Shown in pieces: positions 1 through 9,675 of a DNA stretch of 64,000 bases (the stretch's first letter is position 1; the number at the start of each line of letters is the position of its first letter). The notes below the pieces were generated by a model that had not been told where the DNA came from, did not search any database, and saw only the letters and a list, made by a program, of their open reading frames with translations. The DNA is from Desulfobacterales bacterium (GTDB taxonomy: Bacteria > Desulfobacterota > Desulfobacteria > Desulfobacterales > UBA2245). The position numbers and the translations under genes were made by a program. The stretch spans positions 1-64,000 of the forward strand of contig JAXGZF010000009.1 in the NCBI GenBank assembly GCA_040771865.1. The letters run 5' to 3'.

Positions 1-26
1 CCAAGCGCGGATAAAAAACAACCTGG

Positions 27-2807
27 TCACTCGTGAAGCACAAGGCCAGCAGGAAGCGATTCGCCGAAAATCGCGCTTTCCTCCTGACGCTGTATGGGCA
101 CGACCTCGGAAAGATACCGGGCCACGGCGCCGAGTTCTTCCTTGCCGGCCAGCCATTCCAGAATCCGGGCCGTTCTGGCGGGTTCCAGGTCCCGGACCCG
201 GTCTCCGGTTTTCCGGCCCATTTGAATCAGGATCTGTTCCAGCGGCTTGAGGTTTCGCCAGTTCATGGACAGCAGCGCATCGATCCAGTCGGCGGCCACG
301 CCGGGCGGCGCCACCCGGTCCGATGACCCGTAGAGCAGCTCGCGGGCCCCGATTCTGGAAAGCGACCATAAATGCTGGGGCCGGGCCTTTTTCGAAGAGA
401 TCTCGCTCAGCAGCAGGTTGCCCCAGGCGATCTTATCCTTGGCCATGAGCTGTTCCATGTTGGCAACAGCCATCCAGATTTCCAGGCTTTCCTGGGGGGG
501 GATTCTGGACCTGGCGCCTTTTTTCGGCATCATCACGGGGGTGAGTTCCTGAATGAACTGGCGCTGCTGGCCGGGGCTCAGACCGCCGGCCGCGCGCCGC
601 CAGAGAATCCACCATTCCGAGCGCACCTGGGCGTTGTTGGCAAACACCGGCCCCTTGCGGAAAATCTTCCACAATGTCTTGATCCGGTGGGAATCGAGGG
701 CGTCTCCGAACCCCGGCCGCAGACAGAACCCGGTTAGGTTCAGCCAGCGGGATTCAAAATCCGCGGAAATGCGGCGCGCATCAATGAGTTCCAGAAGCGT
801 GTCGGCAAGCATGCGGATGAAAGACAGGGGCCATTTTTCCCGCGAACGCTCCACCCGGGCGGCGATGTCCCGGCCCAGGTTTTCAACGGCCCTGGAATCG
901 GTTTTGCCGGAAAAGGCGTTTCGAATCGCCTCGCGGGCGCCTTCCGCCACCGAGGCTTCAAAGATCTCCGTTTCCTGAACCGTCGGGCCGGCAATGTCCC
1001 GAAGCTGGAACTGAAGCCGCCACCGGTGGGGACTTGAAAGAGAACGGCACCACAGGGCCAGGGTCCCCACCTCGGTGAATTCGGCCTCTATACGAACGGG
1101 AATTCTGGTTTTAACGCCTCTGGAGCCAAACTGAATCACGGTCTGAATCGGGGGCAGTGCGGTGAGGGTATCGTCGATTTCAACCAGATCTCCGCTTCGG
1201 TCCCCGGACCGGTAGCTGGAGCTGAACAGGTCAAAGTTCACCGGCTGGTTGGCCAGGACCTCGAACCGGCGGTCCTCAAGCACGATTTTCGATCCCTCGT
1301 CCAGACCCCGTTCCACGAGGCAGAGTGCATGGGCTTTTTCATCCGGTCCCTCAAAATCCTGTTTTCTGGAAACGCCCAGGTAAAAAGACCGGGCGCTTCC
1401 GCTTCCCACCCGCACGCCCCGGCCGATCTTGACCAGGCCGTAATAGGCGGCCCCCCGGGCCACGGCCAGATCCAGGTCCGGATTTTCCATCACCCGCGGC
1501 GAGGTTTCATCCGACACTTCAAACCAGCGGCGCACGGACTGGCGGATCTGCTCCTGAATCAGCGCAGGCTTGAGAGACCCGCCGTTAAAGAGCATCAGAT
1601 CCGGCCGGGGTCTTTCCTTTCCGACCACCTGCCGGACATTCTCGCCGTGACGATCGAGAAACCAGCCCAGATGCCGGGTCACGGCCAGCTCCTGTTCATA
1701 GGGAAGCCCGAATTCGGTGATGCCCTTCTTCTGTTCGCCGGCTTGAACCGGTCCGGCATCGACTAAGGGGAAAAATCCCGAAACCACGATCCGGTGAACA
1801 TCCTCGACGCTCAGATCGGCCGAAAGGGTGTCCGCGATCAGGCGTCCACCCTCGCCCATCAGGGTGATCCGGACGCTTTTTGCTTTTCCGTCCAGCAGGG
1901 TCTCCTTGGCCTGGCGGCACTGGTGACACAGGGACTTCCACCGGTCCGAGCTCAGGGCCCGATGCTTTTGAGGAAAACGGGATTCCACCTGCCGGGCCAG
2001 GGCCAGGTCGATATTGTCTCCGCCCAGAATCAGGTGGTCGCCCACGGCGATGCGCTCAAACCGGGGGCTGCCTTCGGTTTCCCGCAACGTGATCAGGGTA
2101 AAGTCCGTGGTGCCGCCTCCCACGTCGCACACGCAGATCAGTTCACCAGGCTGAACGTAATCGCTCCAGTTTTTTTCGTGAGCGATCAGCCAGCTGTAAA
2201 AGGCGGCCAGAGGCTCTTCGAGAAGCGTAACAGACGGAAATCCGGCGAGTTTTGCCGCCTCGACGGTCAGGTCCCGCGCCGCCTCGTCAAAGGAAGCCGG
2301 TACGGTGATGATCACGATCTGGTTTTCCAGAAACCCGTCTTCATCCTCGGCCTGGGCGTGGTTCCAGGCATTTCGAATATGCTCCAGGTAGGCGGCTGTG
2401 GCCTGAACCGGAGAGATCTTGGGCACCTCTGCCGGAGCTCCCCAGGGAAGAATGCGGGCGTTCCGGTCCACCCGGCTGTGGCACAGCCAGCTTTTGGCCG
2501 AAGAAACCAGACGCGAGGGAACGCGGGCCCCATGGTCCCGGGCAAAGGCGCCGACAAAATGATCGGCGCTTCGGGGCCAGGGAATGGCGATTGCTTCTCT
2601 GGCGATGTCGTAGGTTCCGGGAATGTAAAGAAAGGACGGCAGCACAAAAAGCCGGGAGAATTCTCCGGGCCCGGTGAGCTGGGGAATATTGAACATTCGA
2701 ATGCGGGTGAATTTTCCGTCTTCCCCGGCAAGATCCGCATAAGACACCGCCGAGTTGGTGGTACCCAGGTCGATGCCGACGATGTAGCGTTTGTCATGAA
2801 GCTCCAA
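27..2807 (-). CDS. Hsp70-family (DnaK/HscC-like) protein with C-terminal DUF3731-like extension
   Basis: 926 aa. Hsp70 motifs IVGIDLGTTNS, ITVPASF, LLEEPLAAF, DVGGGTTD, LGGDNID and FNGGSL. The long C-terminal region (WLNLTGFCLRPGFGD, FGESLPAGL) is typical of DUF3731 fusions. TTG start. Confidence 0.88.
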   Translation of the reverse strand: MELHDKRYIVGIDLGTTNSAVSYADLAGEDGKFTRIRMFNIPQLTGPGEFSRLFVLPSFLYIPGTYDIAREAIAIPWPRSADHFVGAFARDHGARVPSRLVSSAKSWLCHSRVDRNARILPWGAPAEVPKISPVQATAAYLEHIRNAWNHAQAEDEDGFLENQIVIITVPASFDEAARDLTVEAAKLAGFPSVTLLEEPLAAFYSWLIAHEKNWSDYVQPGELICVCDVGGGTTDFTLITLRETEGSPRFERIAVGDHLILGGDNIDLALARQVESRFPQKHRALSSDRWKSLCHQCRQAKETLLDGKAKSVRITLMGEGGRLIADTLSADLSVEDVHRIVVSGFFPLVDAGPVQAGEQKKGITEFGLPYEQELAVTRHLGWFLDRHGENVRQVVGKERPRPDLMLFNGGSLKPALIQEQIRQSVRRWFEVSDETSPRVMENPDLDLAVARGAAYYGLVKIGRGVRVGSGSARSFYLGVSRKQDFEGPDEKAHALCLVERGLDEGSKIVLEDRRFEVLANQPVNFDLFSSSYRSGDRSGDLVEIDDTLTALPPIQTVIQFGSRGVKTRIPVRIEAEFTEVGTLALWCRSLSSPHRWRLQFQLRDIAGPTVQETEIFEASVAEGAREAIRNAFSGKTDSRAVENLGRDIAARVERSREKWPLSFIRMLADTLLELIDARRISADFESRWLNLTGFCLRPGFGDALDSHRIKTLWKIFRKGPVFANNAQVRSEWWILWRRAAGGLSPGQQRQFIQELTPVMMPKKGARSRIPPQESLEIWMAVANMEQLMAKDKIAWGNLLLSEISSKKARPQHLWSLSRIGARELLYGSSDRVAPPGVAADWIDALLSMNWRNLKPLEQILIQMGRKTGDRVRDLEPARTARILEWLAGKEELGAVARYLSEVVPIQRQEESAIFGESLPAGLVLHE

Positions 2808-2931
2808 GGCTCTGGCCTTTCTTCCGGACGTTGAATTCCAGCTTCCAGCGCCGGCCGGTTCTGTCTGCGTTTTTACATAAGATGCCGGCGGCCCGCTGGT
2901 CGATTCCGATGATGTAGACGGGTTCGAACAC
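2794..2931 (-). pseudogene. Internally deleted remnant of a second Hsp70-family gene
   Basis: GTG start after an AAGGA RBS. Translates VFEPVYIIGIDQRAAGILCKNADRTGRRWKLEFNVRKKGQSLGAS*, i.e. an Hsp70 N-terminal motif joined to an Hsp70-like C-terminal RWKLEFNVR motif. Confidence 0.7.
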
Positions 2932-2974
2932 GAGCAATTCCTTTGCGGTCAAAACGCTCGAGGCGTGCCGAGCA

Positions 2975-3733
2975 TCAGGTAATTTCGATCTCCGCGGGAG
3001 CGATCAGGCTGGCATCGCGGCCGCCGTAGAGCTCGGGAAGCTCGACTTTTGCGGCCCTCCAGCCGCGATGCCGGACCTCGCCTCGAAAAGGCGGATTTCC
3101 GGATACGTTGCCGGTCAGCTTGAGGGCCGATGCGTCAAATCCCGATTCGACGGTTACGGTCTGGCCCTCGGCCTGTTCCATGACGGGCCTGAGCCCCACA
3201 TAGCGGTCGATGACCCGCCGGCAGTTCTCATGAATGTTCCGGACGGCGGCGCCAATCTGGGCATCTTCGTAAGGGGCAAGGTCTTCGGCGAAAAAATCCA
3301 GAAGCCGGCCCTCGCGCTGAAGTACGGACAGAAGATGCAGGTACAGTCGCCGGTCGGCGGCAATTCTTTCCTGCCTGTCCTCTTTTGAATCCCCGGTCTT
3401 TCTGGAGACCGCCGGCTTCTGAACCGAAGTTTTCAGAACGCCCTTCAGCACCGAGCGGTTGGCAATCCAGATCATCAGCGCGGCCAGCAGAAACGCCAGT
3501 CCGGCCGCAGCCACTCCATAAAACGGCGCCGTTGTTTTTAAAAACGCCATGAATTCGGAAAAGGCACGGGTTGCTTCGGATTCGGGACAGGCTTCGAGCA
3601 GGGCCGAGGCCCTGAGGTCCAGCTGGTTGAGGCCGAAATAAGCGGCCCCGCCGATTCCTGTCAGCAGCAGGATCATGACCAGAGCAATGATGATAAACGA
3701 CCTTGGCAAAAATTTCTTCAGAATATCGTCCAT
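2975..3733 (-). CDS. DUF2760 domain membrane protein
   Basis: Two hydrophobic segments, then LLSVLQREGRLLDFF, DAQIGAAVR, GEVRHRGW and IAPAEIEI. Start taken at MDDILKK. Confidence 0.85.
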   Translation of the reverse strand: MDDILKKFLPRSFIIIALVMILLLTGIGGAAYFGLNQLDLRASALLEACPESEATRAFSEFMAFLKTTAPFYGVAAAGLAFLLAALMIWIANRSVLKGVLKTSVQKPAVSRKTGDSKEDRQERIAADRRLYLHLLSVLQREGRLLDFFAEDLAPYEDAQIGAAVRNIHENCRRVIDRYVGLRPVMEQAEGQTVTVESGFDASALKLTGNVSGNPPFRGEVRHRGWRAAKVELPELYGGRDASLIAPAEIEIT

Positions 3734-4002
3734 TCGATTTCTCCCGGTGTTCAATTCATGGCATTGTGGGCTGCAAAGCCAAAAATTTAATGTCATACCG
3801 TACGACTGTCAAGAATCAATTCCGGTTCCGACAGGGCATCGACCGGCCAGCCGCCTGAGACGTCCTGAATTTTATCGAAAGCCAAATTCCTTGTAAACCA
3901 CGCAAGCCCGCTATGCGCCTGCTGCGGGGTTTTGGCTTGTACAGTATTCTGTGTTATGATAGCTATATTTGAAACGCATTATAATTCGAACGATCGCATT
4001 CT

Positions 4003-4227
4003 ATGAAAAATTTTTTCTTTCAACACCGGTATGATTTTGAAGTCGGCTACCTGGTCAAGAGTCCGTGCCGGGAATGTGAAAACCGTGCGAACCTTCCAGA
4101 ATGTGCCGATACATGCCCGATTCTCGACGCCATTCACGAGATCCTGATCGGATGCGTCCCCAGTTCAAAACACGTTTCGGCTCTTGAGTCCTACGCGCTT
4201 TCGCAGGAAAGCCGGAGTAAAAAATAA
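4003..4227 (+). CDS. Small Cys-rich hypothetical protein
   Basis: 74 aa with SPCRECENRANLPECADTC (CxxC...CxxxC); first gene of the Mla operon. Confidence 0.6.
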   Translation: MKNFFFQHRYDFEVGYLVKSPCRECENRANLPECADTCPILDAIHEILIGCVPSSKHVSALESYALSQESRSKK

Positions 4228-4234
4228 TTCGACC

Positions 4235-5362
4235 ATGCCAGAGGAAAACGCATATCATCTGATTCAGACGTCGCCCGGAAAATTCATTCTTCGGATTCAC
4301 GGAAACCTGGACATCCGCAATGCCGCCGATGCGACCCGACAACTATCGACCGCTCTTCGTTCAAAGGGCGTCGCCGAACTGACCGTTGATCTGAAGGAAG
4401 CCGAATATATAGACGATTACGGCGTGCTGGTGATTCATGAGCTCAAGCGCCAAATGCTTCGGACCCATGGCCGGTTTGAGATGGTGAATCTGAGCGACCG
4501 TCACGAACCCATATTCTCCCAGGTTCATTTCGACGACCTTGAAAAGACCGGCCGGCTTCCCCGCAGACCCGCCCCGAACGTCCTGATCCGCCTGGGAAGC
4601 GCTTCTTTTCAAGTTATGGATATTTTGAGATGGATGGTCTCCTTTCTGGGGTCGGTGGTGATCTCGTCGCTGAAGGCCGTGCGCAATCCCCGGCGCTTCA
4701 GGTGGAACGACACCATCACGGTCATGCGTAAAACCGGCGTGGACGCGCTTCCCATCGTAGCGATGATCAGCTTTCTGCTCGGCCTGATCATCTCCTTCAT
4801 GTCGGCATTGCAGCTTCAGCAGTTCGGGGCCAACATCTACGTGGCCTCCCTGGTCTCCATCGCCATGGTTTCCGAACTCGGGCCGATCATGACCGCCATC
4901 ATCGTTGCCGGGCGCACCGGTTCCGCCTTTGCCGCGGAAATCGGCACCATGAAAATATCAGACGAGATCGATGCCCTGTTTGTCATGGGTTTTGATCCGA
5001 CCCTCTTTCTGGTTGTTCCCCGCATTCTGGCAACCCTGATCGTGGTGCCGCTGCTGACCTTTTTTGCAGACCTTTTTGCCATCGCCGGGGGATTGACTGT
5101 GGGCGTTCTGATGCTGGACCTGACGCCGGGCACCTTTATGTCCCAGTCCATGGCTGCTCTGAGCATTTTCGAACTCGGCTGGGCCACCATGAAGAGCGCG
5201 GTCTTCGCCGCGCTGATCGCCTGGGTGGGATGCCTGCGCGGATTCCGCGCCCAGGGGGGCGCCGCCGGAGTCGGCAACGCGGCCACATCGGCGGTGGTCG
5301 GGGGAATCTTTCTGATCGTGCTGTTTGACTCGATTTTTGCCGTGATTCGAAGTTACATGTAA
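4235..5362 (+). CDS. mlaE: MlaE-family ABC permease with N-terminal STAS domain
   Basis: STAS-like N-terminus (VDLKEAEYIDDYG); permease motifs ELGPIMTAIIVAGRTGSAFAAEIGTMK and GVGNAATSAVV. Confidence 0.88.
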   Translation: MPEENAYHLIQTSPGKFILRIHGNLDIRNAADATRQLSTALRSKGVAELTVDLKEAEYIDDYGVLVIHELKRQMLRTHGRFEMVNLSDRHEPIFSQVHFDDLEKTGRLPRRPAPNVLIRLGSASFQVMDILRWMVSFLGSVVISSLKAVRNPRRFRWNDTITVMRKTGVDALPIVAMISFLLGLIISFMSALQLQQFGANIYVASLVSIAMVSELGPIMTAIIVAGRTGSAFAAEIGTMKISDEIDALFVMGFDPTLFLVVPRILATLIVVPLLTFFADLFAIAGGLTVGVLMLDLTPGTFMSQSMAALSIFELGWATMKSAVFAALIAWVGCLRGFRAQGGAAGVGNAATSAVVGGIFLIVLFDSIFAVIRSYM

Positions 5363-5497
5363 GAATCAGTTCGCCAGAATAAATTGATATTGTCCATGAT
5401 ATTAATGTCTTTTGATATAAAACATCATGAATCAGATTCGGAATACCGCCGCGCGGCCGGCTCGATAACCTTCGGCAAACGGGTCAAGGGGTGATTG

Positions 5498-6253
5498 ATG
5501 CGGGAAGCGCGCATTCAGGTTCGGGATATGGTGGTCAGGTTCGGCGACAACCTGGTTCTCGATCGTGTCGGCTTCGATGTGTACCGGGGAGAGATACTGG
5601 TCGTTCTGGGCGGCAGCGGGTGCGGAAAATCCACCCTCCTTCGCCATGTGACCGGCCTGGCCGTCCCGGAGTCCGGAAACGTTCTGATCGACGGCGTGGA
5701 CATCACCCGCTGCGGGGATGAAGATTTTCATCGAATTCTGCGCAAGTTCGGCGTATTGTTTCAGAGCAGCGGCCTTTTCGGCTCCATGACCGTGGCAGAA
5801 AATCTGGCCGTTCCGATTCTGGAGTACACGGGACTGGGCGAGGCGGCCGCCTGCGAACTGATCCGCATGAAGCTTCGCCAGGTGAACCTTCAGGGATACG
5901 AGAACCACATGCCCCATGAGATCAGCGGCGGAATGAAGAAGCGCGCCGGCCTGGCCCGGGCCCTGGCGCTCAATCCGGAAATTCTTTTTCTGGACGAACC
6001 TACGGCCGGTCTGGATCCGGTCACTGCGGCTGAAATCGACGAGCTGATTCTCAGGATCAATCGGTACAACCGCATGACCATGGTGATTGTCACGCACGAG
6101 CTTTCCAGCATATTCGCCGTGGCGCACAGAATCATCATGCTGGACAAGGCGGCCCGGGGAATTATCGCGGAAGGTGATCCGGTCTATCTCAAGGATCACA
6201 GTCCGGATGAACGTGTGAGAAACTTTTTCAACCGGAAAGCCAATACGGCTTAA
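5498..6253 (+). CDS. mlaF: MlaF-family ABC ATP-binding protein
   Basis: Walker A GGSGCGKST, signature ISGGMKKR, Walker B LFLDEPTAGLDP. Confidence 0.9.
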   Translation: MREARIQVRDMVVRFGDNLVLDRVGFDVYRGEILVVLGGSGCGKSTLLRHVTGLAVPESGNVLIDGVDITRCGDEDFHRILRKFGVLFQSSGLFGSMTVAENLAVPILEYTGLGEAAACELIRMKLRQVNLQGYENHMPHEISGGMKKRAGLARALALNPEILFLDEPTAGLDPVTAAEIDELILRINRYNRMTMVIVTHELSSIFAVAHRIIMLDKAARGIIAEGDPVYLKDHSPDERVRNFFNRKANTA

Positions 6254-6268
6254 GAAAGCGCTTCTGTC

Positions 6269-7288
6269 ATGGCTTCGCTTCGAACCAAATTCATCGTCGG
6301 CGCATTTGTGGCAACCGGAATGTGCATCGCCATTGCGGCCGTTCTCTGGCTGGGCGTATCCAACTATCTGGAAAAGGGAGAATATTACGCAGCCTATTTC
6401 GACGAGTCCGTCCAGGGCCTGGAAAAGGACTCGCCCGTGAAATACCGGGGCGTGACGATCGGCCGGGTCCACCGCATCGGCGTGGCGCCGGACGCCACCC
6501 TGATCGAGGCGGTCATGAAGATAGAATCCGGACTGGAAACCGGGGAATTCGGCAAAGACCTGGTGGCCCAGCTCAAGTCCGTGGGCATCACCGGCATCAT
6601 GTTCATCGAAATCGACCGCAGGCATTCCGGAGAACCGGGCTTTTCCCCTAAACTCTCCTTCAAGCCCGAATACCCGGTTGTGGCCACGCGGCCTTCGGAC
6701 ATCCGGAAGTTTCTCCGCCAGGCCGAGGATGTGCTGGCCCAGTTCCGCGCCATCGATTTCAAGTCTCTGGCCGACAGCCTGCAATCCACCATGAACGTCC
6801 TTCGGCAGTCCGTGGACGATGCTCAGATTCGCACCATCTCCGAGGACATTCACAAATCCGTGCAAAGCGCGCGGAAAATCCTGGATTCCGACCGCTGGAA
6901 GGCGGTTCTTGAGAGTTTTGAAGAAGCCGGCAGATCGGTGGCCGCCATGGCCCGCACCGCAGACCAGACCGTGCTGGAAGCAAAGGCGGGCGTGGAGCGG
7001 ATGCGGAAGTCCCTCGCGGAAAACAAGCAGACCGTGAACGATATTTTAAACGACCTGCACCATGCCGCCAGCAGAGTCAATGGCGTCATGCAGAACGGAA
7101 ACGATGTCATTGCCGGCATCGAAGACAAAGTCTCGCGTCTCGAGCGGCACATGACGGCGACCTTTCAGAATATGGAAAAAACCGCTGAGCACCTGGCGCG
7201 CCTCACCGAACGCATCGAGGAGTCCCCGTCCCAGATCTTGTGGGGAAAGCCGGCAAGGGATCGGGAAATCGAATCACACACGAACTGA
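6269..7288 (+). CDS. MCE/MlaD-family protein with long helical C-terminus
   Basis: N-terminal TM helix, FDESVQGL...SPVKYRGVTIGRV and SVGITG MCE motifs, helical tail ending PSQILWG. Confidence 0.88.
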   Translation: MASLRTKFIVGAFVATGMCIAIAAVLWLGVSNYLEKGEYYAAYFDESVQGLEKDSPVKYRGVTIGRVHRIGVAPDATLIEAVMKIESGLETGEFGKDLVAQLKSVGITGIMFIEIDRRHSGEPGFSPKLSFKPEYPVVATRPSDIRKFLRQAEDVLAQFRAIDFKSLADSLQSTMNVLRQSVDDAQIRTISEDIHKSVQSARKILDSDRWKAVLESFEEAGRSVAAMARTADQTVLEAKAGVERMRKSLAENKQTVNDILNDLHHAASRVNGVMQNGNDVIAGIEDKVSRLERHMTATFQNMEKTAEHLARLTERIEESPSQILWGKPARDREIESHTN

Positions 7289-7317
7289 AACGTCATTGCT
7301 CAGGATGGAGAAAGTTT

Positions 7318-7968
7318 ATGAACAGAACGATTAATCCAGCCGCCGGGTGCTTGCTGATCTGGATCTTTCTGACCGCCGGATGCATCGGCGCCGGTCATCT
7401 GAAAGCACCGGACACGGCGTACTACACCCTCGAATACGAAAGCCCGATCCCGCCCGGTCAGCCTCCTCTTGACCGTATTCTCAAGATCGAGGCCTTACGC
7501 TGCGCACCCGAATACGACACCACCCAGATCGTCTACCGCGAGGGCCGTTTTCAAAGAGACGGATATTATTACCACCGGTGGCGGGCGCGTCCCGGAGATC
7601 TGGTTTCCTATTTTCTGGCCAGGGATTTTACGCACGCCGAAGCGTTCCGGGCCGTTTTCGCCGGAACCGGAAACCAGGCCGCCACGCATCGAATCGAGGG
7701 CCGAATCGAGGAATTTTATGAAAAGGACGCCTCTGAAGGATGGAGCGCCGTGGTTTCGGTTGCAATCGCCCTGCTGGCCCAAAACGAGCCCGATGTGAGC
7801 CAACGCGTTCTGTTTCAGAAGATCTACCGGGTTTCGGCGCCCTGCGCCGAAAAAAACCCCAAAGCCGTGGTTCAGGCCGTGAGTCAGGCCGTTTCGGAAC
7901 TGTCGGCCGCCGTGTTTACGGATGTGTACGGCGCCCTGGCCGATTCAACGAAGGGTCCCCGAAAATAG
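7318..7968 (+). CDS. PqiC-like ABC-transport auxiliary lipoprotein
   Basis: Lipobox LTAGC, YYTLEY, QIVYR, YYHRWRARP; last gene of the Mla operon. Confidence 0.8.
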   Translation: MNRTINPAAGCLLIWIFLTAGCIGAGHLKAPDTAYYTLEYESPIPPGQPPLDRILKIEALRCAPEYDTTQIVYREGRFQRDGYYYHRWRARPGDLVSYFLARDFTHAEAFRAVFAGTGNQAATHRIEGRIEEFYEKDASEGWSAVVSVAIALLAQNEPDVSQRVLFQKIYRVSAPCAEKNPKAVVQAVSQAVSELSAAVFTDVYGALADSTKGPRK

Positions 7969-8009
7969 ACGTTTCGAATTGAAAACCCCAAACAGCTTCA
8001 GGAGATCTT

Positions 8010-9635
8010 ATGCCTGTTTCAAATGAACTGCTTCGGTGTGATGCGTGGAATCGGCTGGCATTCGAGGCCGATCGCATGGGCCGTGCGGATTTTCATCTCA
8101 GCAAACTGGTGATGGAAGAACAGCGCCTGGAAAGATTCTCCCTCAGAGGCGGCGGCATCTTCTATGATTTTTCCCGGCAGCGCGTGGATCGGTCCGTGAT
8201 GCGGCTGCTTTGGGAGCTGGGGGCATGCCGGAACCTGCAGGCCGGTTTTCAGGCCATGATGCGCGGGGAGATCGTCAACCGGACGGAAAACCGCGCGGCC
8301 CTGCATACGGCCTCGCGGTCCTTTTCTGATCTGCCCGTTCATGTCGCGGGCCAGGACGTCATGCCGGAAATCCGTCGAGTCCGCGAGGAAATACGCCGGT
8401 TTTCTCAGGAGGTTCACAGCGGCCGGATCACCGGTTCCACGGGAAAGCCTTTCCGGGATATCGTGACGGTGGGAATCGGCGGTTCATACCTGGGAACCCA
8501 GTTCGCCGCCAATGCCCTCGAAGCGCGCGCCCTGAAAGGAATGCGCCTTCACTATCTTTCCAACGTGGACATCGACAATTTCGGACAGATCGTTTCCGAA
8601 ATCGATCCGGAAGCCGCCCTGTGGGTCATCATCTCCAAGAGCTACACGACGTCGGAAACCACGGCCAACACCAATCAGGCAACAGAATTCATGCGCCGGA
8701 AAGGCCTGGATCCGGCCCGGCATTTCGTGACCGTCACCAGCAAGGGTAGCCCCGGAGATGATCCGGCCAACCCGGTGCTGCAATCCTTTCACATGTTCGA
8801 CTTCATCGGCGGGCGATACAGCGTCTGTTCTGCAGTGGGCGGCGTTCCGCTGAGTCTGTATCTGGGATACGACTGCTTTGAACGGTTTTTAAAAGGCGCC
8901 GAAGAGATGGACATCCATGCCGCAACGGCGCCGATCGAACGCAACATTCCCATAAACGCGGCCCTGCTGAGCATATGGAACAACAATTTTCTGAAATATC
9001 CGGCCCAGGGAATCATTCCCTACGCCGCGTCGCTTTCCAGGCTGGCGCCCCATGTGCAGCAGCTCTACATGGAAAGCAACGGAAAATCCGTAACCGCCTC
9101 CGCGCAGCCAATTGAATGCGATACGGGAATCATCGTGTTCGGAGAACCTGGAACCAACGCCCAGCACTCGTTTTTTCAGCTGGCCCATCAGGGCCGGCCC
9201 TTTCCGATCGATTTCATCGGAGTGATCACGCCCTGCCACGATCAATTTAAAACCCTGTCCAAGGGCGTCACCAACCATCAGGAGCTCTGGGCCAACCTTC
9301 TGTCGCAGCCCATGGCCCTTGCCGTGGGACGGAATTCCGATGATCCGGCCCGGCATTTTTCCGGAAACCGACCCTCTTCCACCCTGATTATCGACGATCT
9401 TTCACCGGAAAACATCGGCCGTCTGCTGTCCTTTTACGAGGCCAGAACCGTGTTTGAGGCATTCGTCTGGGGCATCAACCCCTTTGACCAGTTCGGCGTG
9501 GAACTCGGAAAAACTCTGGCCTCGGATATCCGCAGGGAGATGGCGGAAAAGAACCGCGGCGCCGGTTACCGGTTTGACGCGGTCCATCCCATCGTGAGGA
9601 CCTACCTGGACATGCTGTTTTCAGAAAAGGGATGA
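8010..9635 (+). CDS. pgi: Glucose-6-phosphate isomerase
   Basis: ENRAALH, VGIGGSYLG, SKSYTTSET, GGRYSV, MESNGK, GTNAQHSFFQ, DQFGVELGK. Confidence 0.96.
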   Translation: MPVSNELLRCDAWNRLAFEADRMGRADFHLSKLVMEEQRLERFSLRGGGIFYDFSRQRVDRSVMRLLWELGACRNLQAGFQAMMRGEIVNRTENRAALHTASRSFSDLPVHVAGQDVMPEIRRVREEIRRFSQEVHSGRITGSTGKPFRDIVTVGIGGSYLGTQFAANALEARALKGMRLHYLSNVDIDNFGQIVSEIDPEAALWVIISKSYTTSETTANTNQATEFMRRKGLDPARHFVTVTSKGSPGDDPANPVLQSFHMFDFIGGRYSVCSAVGGVPLSLYLGYDCFERFLKGAEEMDIHAATAPIERNIPINAALLSIWNNNFLKYPAQGIIPYAASLSRLAPHVQQLYMESNGKSVTASAQPIECDTGIIVFGEPGTNAQHSFFQLAHQGRPFPIDFIGVITPCHDQFKTLSKGVTNHQELWANLLSQPMALAVGRNSDDPARHFSGNRPSSTLIIDDLSPENIGRLLSFYEARTVFEAFVWGINPFDQFGVELGKTLASDIRREMAEKNRGAGYRFDAVHPIVRTYLDMLFSEKG

Positions 9636-9651
9636 AACAAAAAATGTCCAT

Positions 9652-9673
9652 GGACCGGCTGCCGCAGCGGTCC
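9652..9673. terminator. Possible terminator hairpin between convergent pgi and the cyclase gene
   Basis: GGACC-G-GCTG-CCG-CAGC-GGTCC stem-loop in the 40-bp gap; U-tract is poor. Confidence 0.35.
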
Positions 9674-9675
9674 CT

